This document shows positions 29,524 to 38,633 of a stretch of DNA of 64,000 nt, one piece after another. The position numbers and the translations under genes were made by a program. The DNA lies in assembly GCA_965223265.1 (NCBI GenBank), contig OZ244999.1, forward strand, positions 8,800,001 to 8,864,000, given 5' to 3'. The notes under the pieces were generated by a model. The model was not told where the DNA came from, ran no database searches, and was given only the letters and a program-made list of their open reading frames with translations. Numbering within the stretch: the stretch's first letter is position 1; each line of letters opens with the position of its first letter. The stretch comes from Planctomycetota bacterium. Its GTDB lineage: Bacteria > Planctomycetota > UBA8108 > SXIK01.

Positions 29524-32500
29524 TTACAGCACTTCCGCACGCTTCTCTGATGCCCGCAGACCGAGGTTTCCATAGCGGTGGTAGTCGTTCGAGATCGACT
29601 GCTCTCGCACGTACCAGAGAAGTTCGATGCGTCCGTTCGAGACGACGTTGGTTCTCGCGACGTAGAGCGCAGACTCATGCGCTGCTTGCAGTACCCCCAT
29701 TGGGGCTCTCTCCGGCGCTGCGTAGCGAACTCTTTCCGTCTGCAGATCGCGAATCGCCTGAGTGAGGGCGTCGTCGGTCTCGTCGACGAATTCGATGGCT
29801 GCGCCCCACGGTTCCGTCTGGATGCGCAGGGCGTCCAAGGCAGGCGAGCGGAAGCCAGGCGGAACACTGACGGTGATCCGACAACCCGCCGTCTTCGCCG
29901 CACAGACACGTCCGTAGAGATCGAATAGAGTGTCGTCCGGGTGCAGGCGTATCCTTAACTCATCCACTGATCGGTAACGACGAATATTGTCCTGACCTAC
30001 GAGCTTGACGTCGTCGTGCTGCACGCCGAACTCCTGTTCCATCCATTCGTCGTAGCTTTCAATTGCGGCCACCACGCGTCGCAGCTCGGCCGGCGGTAGT
30101 TGCTGCCGAGCTCGTGCTAACTCCGCGAGCTGTGTCTTTAGGGTCTGCAGGTCTGAGTCGGCGACGTCACGATCGCGAGGCCGCGCGTCTGTCTCGTCGA
30201 AGCGCATGAACTGGGAGACGTAGTTGGGGCCACCGGCCTTGATGCCCGGGCCAAACGCCGACTTCCCCATGCCGCCGAATGGTTGGCGTAGGACGATTGC
30301 GCCGGTGGTGACGCGGTTGATGTAGAGGTTTCCGGCGGGAACTTGATCGAGCCATGACTTCTGTTCGCGGTCATCCAAACTTTCGAGGCCGGACGTGAGG
30401 CCGTAGCCGGTTCGGCGCACGAATTGGACCGCCTCATGAAGACTCTTCGCCTTCATGACTCCGAGCACCGGGCCGAAGAACTCCGTGGTGTGCGTGTAGC
30501 TGCCTGGTTGAACGTCCCACTTGACGCCAGGTGAATACAGACATGGGTTGCCCTCGAGTTGACGTGGCAGAACCGCCCACGATTCGCCGGGTTCGAGCTC
30601 TTTGAGGGCCCTCTCTAAGTCGCCGCTCGGCGGGCGGATCATCGGGCCGACGCGATTCTCCAACTTCCAAGCGGAGCCGACCGTGAGGCTCTCGACGGCA
30701 TCGCACAGAGTTTCCTTGAAGCGTGGATCGTCGTACACTTCCTCTTCCAAGATCAGCAGCGATGTCGCGGAACACTTCTGACCGCTGTGGCTGAACGCTG
30801 AATGAATGATGTGCTTGATCGCTTGCTCGCGGTCGCTCAAGGCGGTGACGATCGTTGCGTTCTTGCCACCCGTCTCAGCGAAGAGATCCATGTCCGGCTG
30901 CGCTCCCAACATGTGCAGAGCCGTCTCCGTTCCACCCGTGAGAATCACCGCGTCGACGTCCTTGTGCGCGACCAAATGGGCACCCACCGAGCGTCCTGGC
31001 GCTGGCATGAACTGAAGCACTTGTTTTGAGATTCCTGCGCGCCAGAAGCAGGCGCAAAGCGTGTAGGCGACGAGCGCACTGTCGGATGCCGGTTTCAGGA
31101 TGACATTGTTGCCAGCCGCAAGTGCCGCTGCGATGCCACCACACGGGATCGCAATCGGGAAGTTCCATGGCGAGACGATGACCACGACACCCTTGCCGTG
31201 CTGTTCGACGCCGCGCAGTCGTTCGAATGCGACGGCGCTACGCCGGTAGTACTCAGCGAAGTCGATAGCCTCTGATACTTCGGCGTCGGATTCAGTGAGA
31301 GTCTTGCCGCCGTCAGCCAGGGCGGCGCCCATGAGCTCGGCACGCGCCCTCCTGAGTTGATCTGCAACGCGTGCCAGGAGCTCCGAGCGCTCGACTGCGC
31401 TCGTGCTGCGCCATCCCTCTTGATCACGCTTCGCGCACGCGACGGCGTGGTCTGCATCATCCGATGTGGCATGCCGAAAGTGCGCCACGACGATGTCGGG
31501 GCGAGACGGATCCGAGGAGTGCCGCACTTCACGGTCCTTGAAGATCTCTTTCCCGTCGACGACTAGAGGGACGTCGAGGGCTCGATCTCCTTGCCGCGCC
31601 TCCCAGTCTTCGAGGATGCTTTTTGCCCAGGAAACATTGACGGACAAGCAGAAGTCAGTATCGGGTTCGTTCTTGAACGTCTCGTATTCATGGTCCACTG
31701 CCTCAGTTTGAGCGACTTCGTCGAGTCGCGATTGAGTGCGCCGTGGCGTTTCCGGTAGCGTCTCGATGGCGCTAAACGACTCCACGAACCCTGCTTCCAG
31801 TCGTTTCCACTCCGGAGAATCAACGGTCACCTTGAACGCGTGGCGCAAAAAGTTATCAGGCCCGGTGTTCTCGTCCAGACGCCGGATGAGGTAGCCGATG
31901 GCATTGATGAAGTTCTCCTTGCGTGTCGCTGGCGCGTAGAGGAGTAGATTGCTCGAGACTTCGAAAAGCGCACGGCGTTGATGGTTCGCCATGCCTTCGA
32001 GCATCTCGAACTGGACGTACGCGAGGATTTCCTGCTCTGCGGCGCGGATGAGGCCGTAGGCGACGTCGAAAAGGTTGTGAGACGCGATGCCGACGTGGAC
32101 ACACTTGATGTTCTCCGCCTTGAACGCCTCGTGGAGCATGCGTTTGTAGTTTGCGTCCACCTCTTTCTTCGTACTGAGGATCGGCTGCGGCCAACCATGG
32201 ATGGACGCATCGACACGCTCCATCTCCATGTTGGCCCCTTTCACGATGCGGATGGTCACCGGGGCGCCGCCGGCCGCGGCGCGAGCACGAGCCCACACAT
32301 TGATCTGCTTCTGCAGCGCGAACGAATCCGGTAGATACGCTTGCAGGGCGATCCCCGCCGAGGCGTGTTCGAGCCCGGGGCGAGAGAGTGTGCGCATGAA
32401 TGCCTCTGCCGTCAAGACGGCGTCACGGTACTCCTCCATGTCGAGATAAACGAACTTTGGAACCACTGAGCCGTCGAAGCGCTCGAAGCGGTGTTTCGCG

Positions 32501-33213
32501 GCCGCTCGATACAACAGTTCCAGACGATCGCACAAGATGTTGAGCGTGTGATCCGCCGCCAACGTTGAGATTTGCGAGTAGAGAGTCGAGATCTTAACGG
32601 AGATGACTTCGATCTCCGGGAGCTGAAGCGCATGAAGGTAGAGCGCCAAGCGCCGCTCAGCTTCTGCCTCTCCGAGGAGCGCTTCGCCGACGTAGTTGAC
32701 GTTCATACGCATCCCGCTCTGCTTCCGCGCGCTCAAGTGGGGTGCCAGCAGGTCATGTTCGGCCGGCAGAATGACGTTTGCGGTCTCTTCTCGCATCTTG
32801 TCTTTCACCAGTGGCACTGCGACTCCCGGGAGATAGCTGCCGAAGGACTGGAAGCCGCGCAAGAGCGTTCGCTCTACTGGACTGAAAAAGCGAGGGACGC
32901 CTTGGATGTCGAGAATGTGAACGAGTTGATCCACCGCTCGTTCCGGGTCCGCCGATCGAAACGCTTGGTCCGTCAATTGAGTCAGCGTCGCCTTGTCGCG
33001 CGGACGCTGCATCATCCGCTCGAGCTCAGCCTGCTGCTTCTTCTCTTCGGGTGTCTGCAGCGCGGTGGCTTTTTCCTGCAAACCCCGGGCGAGGAGCACT
33101 GCCTTTTGAATCGCTGGGGCGATCGAACTGTCGGGATTGACGACAGCGGCGTCGAGGAGTCTTTTGAGCCGTGAACGGGAGGTCTCGTCAAGTTGAGCGC
33201 GGACGCTATCCAT
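29524..33213 (-). CDS. putA: Bifunctional proline dehydrogenase / P5C dehydrogenase
   Basis: LDMEEY, RIVKGAN, RRLDEN (PRODH). SPWNFP, ETGGKN, GQKCSA, EFFGPVL (ALDH). Confidence 0.95.
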   Translation of the reverse strand: MDSVRAQLDETSRSRLKRLLDAAVVNPDSSIAPAIQKAVLLARGLQEKATALQTPEEKKQQAELERMMQRPRDKATLTQLTDQAFRSADPERAVDQLVHILDIQGVPRFFSPVERTLLRGFQSFGSYLPGVAVPLVKDKMREETANVILPAEHDLLAPHLSARKQSGMRMNVNYVGEALLGEAEAERRLALYLHALQLPEIEVISVKISTLYSQISTLAADHTLNILCDRLELLYRAAAKHRFERFDGSVVPKFVYLDMEEYRDAVLTAEAFMRTLSRPGLEHASAGIALQAYLPDSFALQKQINVWARARAAAGGAPVTIRIVKGANMEMERVDASIHGWPQPILSTKKEVDANYKRMLHEAFKAENIKCVHVGIASHNLFDVAYGLIRAAEQEILAYVQFEMLEGMANHQRRALFEVSSNLLLYAPATRKENFINAIGYLIRRLDENTGPDNFLRHAFKVTVDSPEWKRLEAGFVESFSAIETLPETPRRTQSRLDEVAQTEAVDHEYETFKNEPDTDFCLSVNVSWAKSILEDWEARQGDRALDVPLVVDGKEIFKDREVRHSSDPSRPDIVVAHFRHATSDDADHAVACAKRDQEGWRSTSAVERSELLARVADQLRRARAELMGAALADGGKTLTESDAEVSEAIDFAEYYRRSAVAFERLRGVEQHGKGVVVIVSPWNFPIAIPCGGIAAALAAGNNVILKPASDSALVAYTLCACFWRAGISKQVLQFMPAPGRSVGAHLVAHKDVDAVILTGGTETALHMLGAQPDMDLFAETGGKNATIVTALSDREQAIKHIIHSAFSHSGQKCSATSLLILEEEVYDDPRFKETLCDAVESLTVGSAWKLENRVGPMIRPPSGDLERALKELEPGESWAVLPRQLEGNPCLYSPGVKWDVQPGSYTHTTEFFGPVLGVMKAKSLHEAVQFVRRTGYGLTSGLESLDDREQKSWLDQVPAGNLYINRVTTGAIVLRQPFGGMGKSAFGPGIKAGGPNYVSQFMRFDETDARPRDRDVADSDLQTLKTQLAELARARQQLPPAELRRVVAAIESYDEWMEQEFGVQHDDVKLVGQDNIRRYRSVDELRIRLHPDDTLFDLYGRVCAAKTAGCRITVSVPPGFRSPALDALRIQTEPWGAAIEFVDETDDALTQAIRDLQTERVRYAAPERAPMGVLQAAHESALYVARTNVVSNGRIELLWYVREQSISNDYHRYGNLGLRASEKRAEVL

Positions 33214-33337
33214 CACTTTTCCTTTTGAAGGCGGTCGACTCCCTATCCGTGCGCGGGTTGGCTCATCGCCCAACTACGGACGACAACCGCCGGAGTCGAT
33301 GTAGTATACTCTCCGCTTTGAGTGGGAGGGAATTCAC

Positions 33338-34675
33338 GTGTCTGTGCGGACGATTCTTGAGATTATCGTGTGGTCTCTTGCGACGGTTCTCCTCGTGGCT
33401 TGCGCCACGATTGACGAGGACGAAATCGAAGTCGGCGCTACCCAGCTGACGAGCATCGTCGTCAATGAAACGGTGCAGCGCGGTGGTGTTGATTGGCCTG
33501 GTTGGCGCGGCGCCGACGGGGATGGCTTCGTTCGTGGACTCGAGATACCACTGGCGTCATTGTCGTCCGCGCGGTGGAAGGAGAGTTGGCGTAGACACGT
33601 CGGGAGCGGATACTCCGGCGTCATCGTCACCGGCGAGCGCGTGTATTGTCTCGCACGCCAGGAGACGGACCATGAGTTCGTCAATTGCTACGATGCAGCG
33701 AGCGGCGACCTGCTCTGGGCTGTGGGGGCCGAAATGGAGCCGTGGAAGCAGCCGTGGATGGCGGGTGGTATCACGAATGGACCGCTCGCCACTCCGACGT
33801 ATGCCGACGGTCACGTTTACAGCGTTGGAATTCACGGACGCGTTCGCTGCCACGACGCCGTCACCGGGCGGCTTGTATTCGATGTGAAGCCGGAGAAACT
33901 TGACGCACGGAAGTCCGAGTACTTGTTTGGGCACGCAAGTTCACCGATTGTCTACGGTGGTCTAGTGATCGTATCGCTCGCAAGTGGCAAGGGAGGAAGC
34001 GTCGTGGCCCTCGATGCGAGCGATGGTTCACTGGTTTGGCGGGCTTTGCCTGAGACCGTCGCCTACACCTCCCCGGCGATGATGGAGGTCGATGGCGTCC
34101 CGATGCTCGTCGTACGTTCATGGGAACGCATCGTCGGGCTGGCGCCGGAAAGCGGCGAGATCCTTTGGCAACACGCGGCCGTAGCGCGCGGCATGCGCCG
34201 CGACTGCGCCTCCCCGGTCATCGCTGGCAACCTCGTGTTCGTCACGAACGAGTACCACGGCACCATCGCGCTACAAGTGTCGTCGAACGACGACGGCGCT
34301 TGGCAGGCCGAGCGACTCTACCGTAGCGGCGGGCTCGCCGCATCTACCTCCACACCGGTGTACGTCAGTGGCAGCCTTTACGGTCTGCACAAACGGGGGC
34401 GATTCGTCTGCATCGACGCGAACAGCGGCCGGCGCCGATGGGGCGTGAAGAAGTTCGACCAACACGCGTGTGTCATCGCGTCAGGATCCCATGGGTTGGT
34501 CCTCGATAATCGAGGTCTCCTTGCGCTCGTCAAGTTCGATTCAGAGCACGCTACGGTGTTGAGAGAGTGGACGATTGGGGCCGATACGTGGGGACATCCC
34601 GCAGCGGTCCGAAATCGACTGTTCTTCCGCGACGGCGAGGATCTCGTCTGCGTTGAGCTCGTGACGTCCCAGTGA
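33338..34675 (+). CDS. PQQ-binding-like beta-propeller repeat lipoprotein
   Basis: LVAC lipobox, DWPGWRG, repeated DAxSGxxxW blades. Confidence 0.85.
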   Translation: MSVRTILEIIVWSLATVLLVACATIDEDEIEVGATQLTSIVVNETVQRGGVDWPGWRGADGDGFVRGLEIPLASLSSARWKESWRRHVGSGYSGVIVTGERVYCLARQETDHEFVNCYDAASGDLLWAVGAEMEPWKQPWMAGGITNGPLATPTYADGHVYSVGIHGRVRCHDAVTGRLVFDVKPEKLDARKSEYLFGHASSPIVYGGLVIVSLASGKGGSVVALDASDGSLVWRALPETVAYTSPAMMEVDGVPMLVVRSWERIVGLAPESGEILWQHAAVARGMRRDCASPVIAGNLVFVTNEYHGTIALQVSSNDDGAWQAERLYRSGGLAASTSTPVYVSGSLYGLHKRGRFVCIDANSGRRRWGVKKFDQHACVIASGSHGLVLDNRGLLALVKFDSEHATVLREWTIGADTWGHPAAVRNRLFFRDGEDLVCVELVTSQ

Positions 34676-34691
34676 GACTGGGCAAGAATTT

Positions 34692-35130
34692 GGCGCGGCG
34701 GTTTGAGGGGGAGACAGGGGCGAAGACGGATCCAGATCCAGATACGGACCCGACAGTTGCATAAGTTTTCGCAGGAAGGGCTCAGAAACCCTTTCCCTGA
34801 GGTTCGATCGGCAGTTGAGGGACGTCGTGGCGGACCTCACGTTTGGTGAGGGTGACGGTGTGCCGTGTTCCCCCTCGCCCACGCACACCCACACGCAAAC
34901 TCTCACTCAATCGCAATCGCGCACGGGCTGTTAAGGCGCGTCTCTTTTGCAACGTTGGGGACAGAGTCAGAATCAGAGACGGATGGCGGATAGAGATACA
35001 GAAGCAGATGACAGAGTCAGAGACGGATGGCGGATAGAGATACAGAAGCAGATGACAGAGTCAGAGACGGAGACAGACACAGATACAGATACAGATGCAG
35101 AGTCAGAGACGGACTCGGATGACGGAGACA
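34692..35130 (+). repeat. Leader motif copy 3, GANNCR tracts, CAC-type tract and a 44-bp tandem duplication (34973-35060)
   Basis: GGCGCGGCGGTTTGAGGGGGAGACAGGGGCG followed by GATCCA/GATACG. Later GAGTCA/GAGACG/GATACA units. Confidence 0.85.
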
Positions 35131-35166
35131 GGGCCAGACGGTACAGAAGTCGCAGGCGCCGTGAGC

Positions 35167-35194
35167 AGCGCCCGCTACGAAAGCAGCGGGCGCT
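35167..35194 (-). terminator. GC-rich hairpin 3' of four-helix-bundle pseudogene
   Basis: AGCGCCCGCT...AGCGGGCGCT, same stem core as 20823-20848. Confidence 0.55.
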
Positions 35195-35206
35195 TGGGCG
35201 CCTCGC

Positions 35207-35387
35207 TCAGCGCGTGAGGCCGCTGAGAAGAGCTAGGAGTCGATCGAGGGTCTGGAGAGGCACTGAGACGTCTTCGGTCTTGAGATCGCCCCGGGCCACA
35301 GAGAGCTGCAAGGCAGTCTCGACCTCCCGGGCACTGCCGCGGGCAACGCGGTAGAGGTGCAGTCGATCCTCCCCAGCGCGCTCGGCG
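35207..35387 (-). pseudogene. 5'-truncated four-helix-bundle gene (copy 3)
   Basis: C-terminal 59 aa match copy 2 at 46 positions (hand count). Fused directly to half of the upstream hairpin (35388-35400). Confidence 0.88.
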
Positions 35388-35427
35388 AGGGCACCCTTGA
35401 CCACGGGTAGCCCACACTGATGTTGGT

Positions 35428-35877
35428 TTGACGACCGTAACGGTCTTCTATCCCTACCACCCCCTTGCGGGACGCTCTCTGCCGGTCGTTCGGCGGACCT
35501 CGAGAGAACCGCCCTGCTACTTGGTTCAAATCGAGAAGCGCCAGCTCTTGGTGCCGTGCTGGATGACCGAGGAGAGCGCTATGTGGGTGGAGCTGTGTAG
35601 ATCGCCCCACATCGACGTGGAGGAGCTCCTCGTCATTGCGGCGATCGTAGAGTCTCGACTCCAAGAAGCACCATCGTCCATCCTTGACTCAGAACCAACT
35701 CGAACCAAGGAGGAGGACGATGGTGTGGACGCAGCTTACTCTACCGTTCTTGCCGCCGGAAGATCAAAGCGTGCTCGCAGTGCTGAGCGCGAAGGAGCGG
35801 GAGGAAATCGCTCGGGCAGTGGCGATTCTCCTGCAGGCGATCATCGAGAACCACGGTGTGGAGGGCGAGAACGATGA
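35428..35877 (+). CDS. Accessory protein of recombinase element (DUF5372/Y4bD-like)
   Basis: YPYHPLAGRSLPV and VPCWMT motifs typical of small ORFs upstream of this recombinase class. C-terminal third overlaps the next ORF. Confidence 0.6.
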   Translation: MTTVTVFYPYHPLAGRSLPVVRRTSREPPCYLVQIEKRQLLVPCWMTEESAMWVELCRSPHIDVEELLVIAAIVESRLQEAPSSILDSEPTRTKEEDDGVDAAYSTVLAAGRSKRARSAEREGAGGNRSGSGDSPAGDHREPRCGGRER

Positions 35878-35887
35878 GGATCGATAG
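35720..35887 (+). CDS. Small helical accessory protein (55 aa)
   Basis: AAGGAGGAGG RBS. Overlaps the recombinase start. Confidence 0.65.
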   Translation: MVWTQLTLPFLPPEDQSVLAVLSAKEREEIARAVAILLQAIIENHGVEGENDEDR

Positions 35888-37964
35888 CAATCATCCAGGT
35901 GGCGTCACTACCGAGCACCTCAGGCGCGCGGCAGTAGTATACATTCGTCAATCGTCGCCAACACAGGTGAAGAACAACGAAGAGAGCACGCGCCTGCAAC
36001 GCGAACTGAGGCACAAGGCGGTCGATCTTGGCTGGCGCGAGCCGATTCTCATCGAGGACGATCTCGGCGAGTCGGCTTCTGGATTCGTCGATCGCCCCGG
36101 CTTCGAGAAACTGAAGAGCTGGGTCATTGCCGGGGAAGTCGGGATTATCTTCTGTCTCGAGATTTCCCGACTGTCGAGGAATTCGGTGGACTGGGCGCGA
36201 CTGATGGAGCTTTGTCAGCACTTCAATACGCTGATCGCGGACACCGAGCAGGTCTACGATCTGTCGCTCTCTAACGACAGACTGTTGATCGGCATCCGTG
36301 GCTCGATCTCAGAAGCCGAGCTTGCGACGATTCGCTTGCGATTGCGCCTAGGTCAGCAGGCGAAAGCGAAGCGAGGTGAGCTGTGGATTCAGTTACCGAT
36401 CGGCTACGTCTACGACGACACTGAGATTGTCTTCGATCCCGACGAGAGAATCCGTACCGCGATCCGCCGTGTCTTTCAGGACTTCCGTGGCTCCAGTAGT
36501 GCCCGACAGCTCGCATTGCATTACCGAGACGCGGGGATCGAGTTTCCGAGTCGGGGCTTGGGCAACAAGACGGTCAGGTGGGCGGTGCCGTCGGCCAAGT
36601 CGCTACACAACCTCCTGGTCAATCCGACCTATGCTGGAGTCTACGCTTGGGGTCGTTCAAGGACGACAAGCAAGATCGCCGATGGGAGGCTGGTCAAACA
36701 GCGTGAACGTCGGCAAGATCCTGGTGAAGCTCGGGTGATGATCCGTGACCATCACCCAGCCTACATCGATTGGTCAGAGTACGAAGCGAACTTGAAGAAG
36801 CTATCGCAGAATCGACCGCGAAGAGGGCTCGACGGCAACCGAGGAGCCGCGCGGGAAGGCCAGGCTCTCCTGGCGGGGATGTTGCGTTGTGGTCACTGTG
36901 GCGATCAGCTGAAGGTCCGGTACCGATACGAGAAGGCCTTCTATTACTGCGACGGCACACGAAAGGGGAACTCACGCATTTGTCTCTCTGTTGGGGCATG
37001 TCGCGTTGACCCGATCGTCGCGCAGCAGTTGTGTCGAGCGCTTGACTCCTCGGGGATCGAGGCTGCGACCAGGGCGTTCGAGCAGATCGAGAAGAGCCGA
37101 GCCGACGAGTTGAACTACGCGAAGCAGCAGGTCGAGGCTGCGCAGTACGCCGCCAGTCATGCATTCGAACAGTTCGACGCGTGCGATCCGAGGAATCGCC
37201 TTGTTGCGGACAACCTCGAGAAACGTCTCAACGACAAGCTTCAGCGGCTTGCCGAGGCAAAGGAGACACTCCACAAGCAGCAGTCGTCGAGATTGACGTT
37301 GACTGTCGCAGAGCGAAAACGTCTCGAGACTCTCGCACGGAACTTCCAGTTGGTCTGGCGATCGACGATTGATGTCAGGCTGAAGAAGACTCTGCTGCGA
37401 GCAGCGATTCACGAGATCATGATCAAGGAGAGCGGCGAGCTCGTTGGATCCAATCGGCAAAGTCGCCGCCTGGAATTGACGATTCACTGGAAGGGCGGCG
37501 TACACTCTACCTCCGAGCTGTTGCGATTCCCCTCTCCGAAGGCATCAAGGGAAGTTTCGGTGCTCGAGCTGATCAAGCGGCTCAGCGCCGCGGCGCATAG
37601 TGACAGCGAGATTGCCTTAGTGCTTAACAGACGAAGGCTCACGACCACACGGTGGACCAAAGACAAGGTGACCGAATTTCGCAAACACAACGGTATCAAT
37701 TCAGCGCAGTCCTCCGATGATGCGTTGTCGATGAACGGCGCCAGCAAGTACCTAGGAGTTTCCTCGATAGCATTACGTACGCTTGTCGAACGAGGATTGA
37801 TCAGGAAAAACCAAGTCGCCGAGTTCGCCCCCTGGCGCGTCTCTCGCCACGAGCTGGACTCCCCAGGAGTCCGGAGCCTCGTGGCGACGCTCAAGGCGAC
37901 GGGTCGATTCCCGCCTAAGGAGGGCTGCGCGAAGAACCAGATGACGCTCTTCGACGACCTATGA
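35874..37964 (+). CDS. Large serine recombinase (resolvase, recombinase, Zn-ribbon/coiled-coil and C-terminal HTH-like domains)
   Basis: YIRQS catalytic motif, EDDLGESASG, EISRLSRN, NPTYAG, CGHCG...C..C. Confidence 0.95.
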   Translation: MRIDSNHPGGVTTEHLRRAAVVYIRQSSPTQVKNNEESTRLQRELRHKAVDLGWREPILIEDDLGESASGFVDRPGFEKLKSWVIAGEVGIIFCLEISRLSRNSVDWARLMELCQHFNTLIADTEQVYDLSLSNDRLLIGIRGSISEAELATIRLRLRLGQQAKAKRGELWIQLPIGYVYDDTEIVFDPDERIRTAIRRVFQDFRGSSSARQLALHYRDAGIEFPSRGLGNKTVRWAVPSAKSLHNLLVNPTYAGVYAWGRSRTTSKIADGRLVKQRERRQDPGEARVMIRDHHPAYIDWSEYEANLKKLSQNRPRRGLDGNRGAAREGQALLAGMLRCGHCGDQLKVRYRYEKAFYYCDGTRKGNSRICLSVGACRVDPIVAQQLCRALDSSGIEAATRAFEQIEKSRADELNYAKQQVEAAQYAASHAFEQFDACDPRNRLVADNLEKRLNDKLQRLAEAKETLHKQQSSRLTLTVAERKRLETLARNFQLVWRSTIDVRLKKTLLRAAIHEIMIKESGELVGSNRQSRRLELTIHWKGGVHSTSELLRFPSPKASREVSVLELIKRLSAAAHSDSEIALVLNRRRLTTTRWTKDKVTEFRKHNGINSAQSSDDALSMNGASKYLGVSSIALRTLVERGLIRKNQVAEFAPWRVSRHELDSPGVRSLVATLKATGRFPPKEGCAKNQMTLFDDL

Positions 37965-38155
37965 AGGTAAATCGACCGGGTTGTATCAAAGATTCGTCAG
38001 ATTACGTCGGCTTACACCGAAAGGACTTACGACAGCGGAAGGTTGGAGGTGCATTGTGTGCTCGACTTCACACCCGTGAGCACCGCGTACGCTCGACAAT
38101 GACCGCCGCCGTACGGTGACCCGGGTTCCCCCTCCCCCTCCCCCTCTCGCAAGAG

Positions 38156-38185
38156 CGGACGGCACACGGCGACGTGTGCCGTCCG
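38156..38185. other. Perfect 13-bp hairpin with GCGA loop
   Basis: CGGACGGCACACG-GCGA-CGTGTGCCGTCCG, followed by (GACCGY)x6 at 38186-38221. Confidence 0.8.
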
Positions 38186-38215
38186 GACCGTGACCGTGAC
38201 CGCGACCGTGACCGC

Positions 38216-38377
38216 GACCGTGAGTCTCGGCGGCACGTCTTAAGAAATTCACAGCCTCGGCGTGCGCCCGCTACTTTAGGAAACCCCACTCCCACTCCCC
38301 CTCCCACTCGTGACCGTCAGTTTCGGCGGTGCGTTCTAAAAAACTCACAGCCTCGGTATGTGCCCGCTACTTTAGGA

Positions 38378-38380
<3 letters not shown>
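38216..38380 (+). repeat. Two diverged ~69-bp direct repeats (period 96), each followed by hexamer repeats
   Basis: 38216-38284 and 38312-38380, both ending GCCCGCTACTTTAGGAAAC. Confidence 0.85.
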
Positions 38381-38605
<225 letters not shown>

Positions 38606-38633
38606 AACCCGGACTCCCCCCGGCGCCCGAACG

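Larger units (their letters stand above)
35409..38068 (+). mobile_element. Large serine recombinase element (~2.65 kb; two small ORFs plus recombinase)
   Basis: Interrupts the upstream region of copy 3. CACAC at both junctions (35413, 38069). Excision restores the CACGGGT/ACCCGTG inverted repeat. End points uncertain by about 5 nt. Confidence 0.8.
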
